A stretch of 25,478 nucleotides of DNA from IMG/VR virus record IMGVR_UViG_3300020045_003265, positions 1 through 25,478 of that record; one strand, written 5' to 3'. A model generated the notes under the pieces. The model had not been told where the DNA came from. It searched no databases and saw only the letters and a list, made by a program, of their open reading frames with translations. The number at the start of each line of letters is the position of its first letter. Positions within the stretch are counted from its first letter, which is position 1. A program made the translations under genes and the position numbers. This stretch comes from a virus. Its lineage: Duplodnaviria; Caudoviricetes. Below, one piece after another: positions 25,137-25,478 of the stretch.

Positions 25137-25478
25137 AACAGAGTTACCTGAAGCAGTTGAATTCTTAAAGCAAGAGTTCAGCTTATCCAAAAGAGACAAA
25201 CAAGGTGTTTCCAAAAGAGATCACCTTGAAAGTGTATGGAGACAAACAGGAAAGAAGCCACAAGAGCTTCAAGAGGTGTATTCCTTACCTGAATGTTTCT
25301 ATGAAGTCTGGGGATGGTTCCTTGAGCTTAATAACTCAAGGCAATCAGGAATGTCAGCTAATCCTCTGAGCTTCAGCGATATATATGCTTTCTTTAGCTT
25401 GTATAACATCGATGTACTCCCTTGGGAAATTAAAGTAATTAAAGCATTTGATAATGCTGTACTAAAGATACACCAAGA
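25102..25478 (+). CDS. tail assembly chaperone gpT-like extension (+1 frame, partial)
   Basis: Open frame from 25102 to the window end (..ELPEAVEFLKQEF..HLESVWRQTGKKPQEL..VWGWFLELNNSRQSGMSANPLSFSDI..WEIKVIKAFD) with no evident own SD/start at its 5' end. Confidence 0.8.

Noticed and set aside
1-25478. CRISPR array, integrase, reverse transcriptase/DGR, tail sheath
   Set aside because: No regularly spaced repeats or corresponding protein motifs seen in this window

Overview
A segment of an AT-rich tailed dsDNA phage genome, probably siphovirus-like (tail tube and tail chaperone present, no sheath gene seen). The host is probably Gram-negative, inferred from an encoded outer-membrane beta-barrel. 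Left arm (minus strand, 1-3606): accessory genes including a ClpP-like protease, PhoH, a metallophosphoesterase and small hypotheticals. Middle (3650-6570): a largely non-coding region with a promoter-driven structured RNA element, a degenerate HNH gene, one canonical tRNA-Arg(TCT) and several tRNA-like or structured RNAs. Right (plus strand, 6574-25478): the morphogenesis module (terminase, portal, prohead protease/scaffold, decoration protein, major capsid, HNH-AP2 endonuclease, a five-gene putative fibre cassette, neck genes, an inserted beta-barrel gene, a GC-rich tailspike, tail terminator, tail tube, and a tail chaperone with a likely +1 frameshift). The most notable observation is two diverged, convergently oriented copies of one composite non-coding element (about 3650-4370 on +, about 23880-24570 on -). 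Each has 10-bp-phased DNA, a sigma70 promoter, a structured RNA with conserved motifs at matching spacing and compensatory stems, an AT-rich strand-biased tract, and a downstream small membrane-protein gene. All calls are from reading the sequence by eye; no searches were run.
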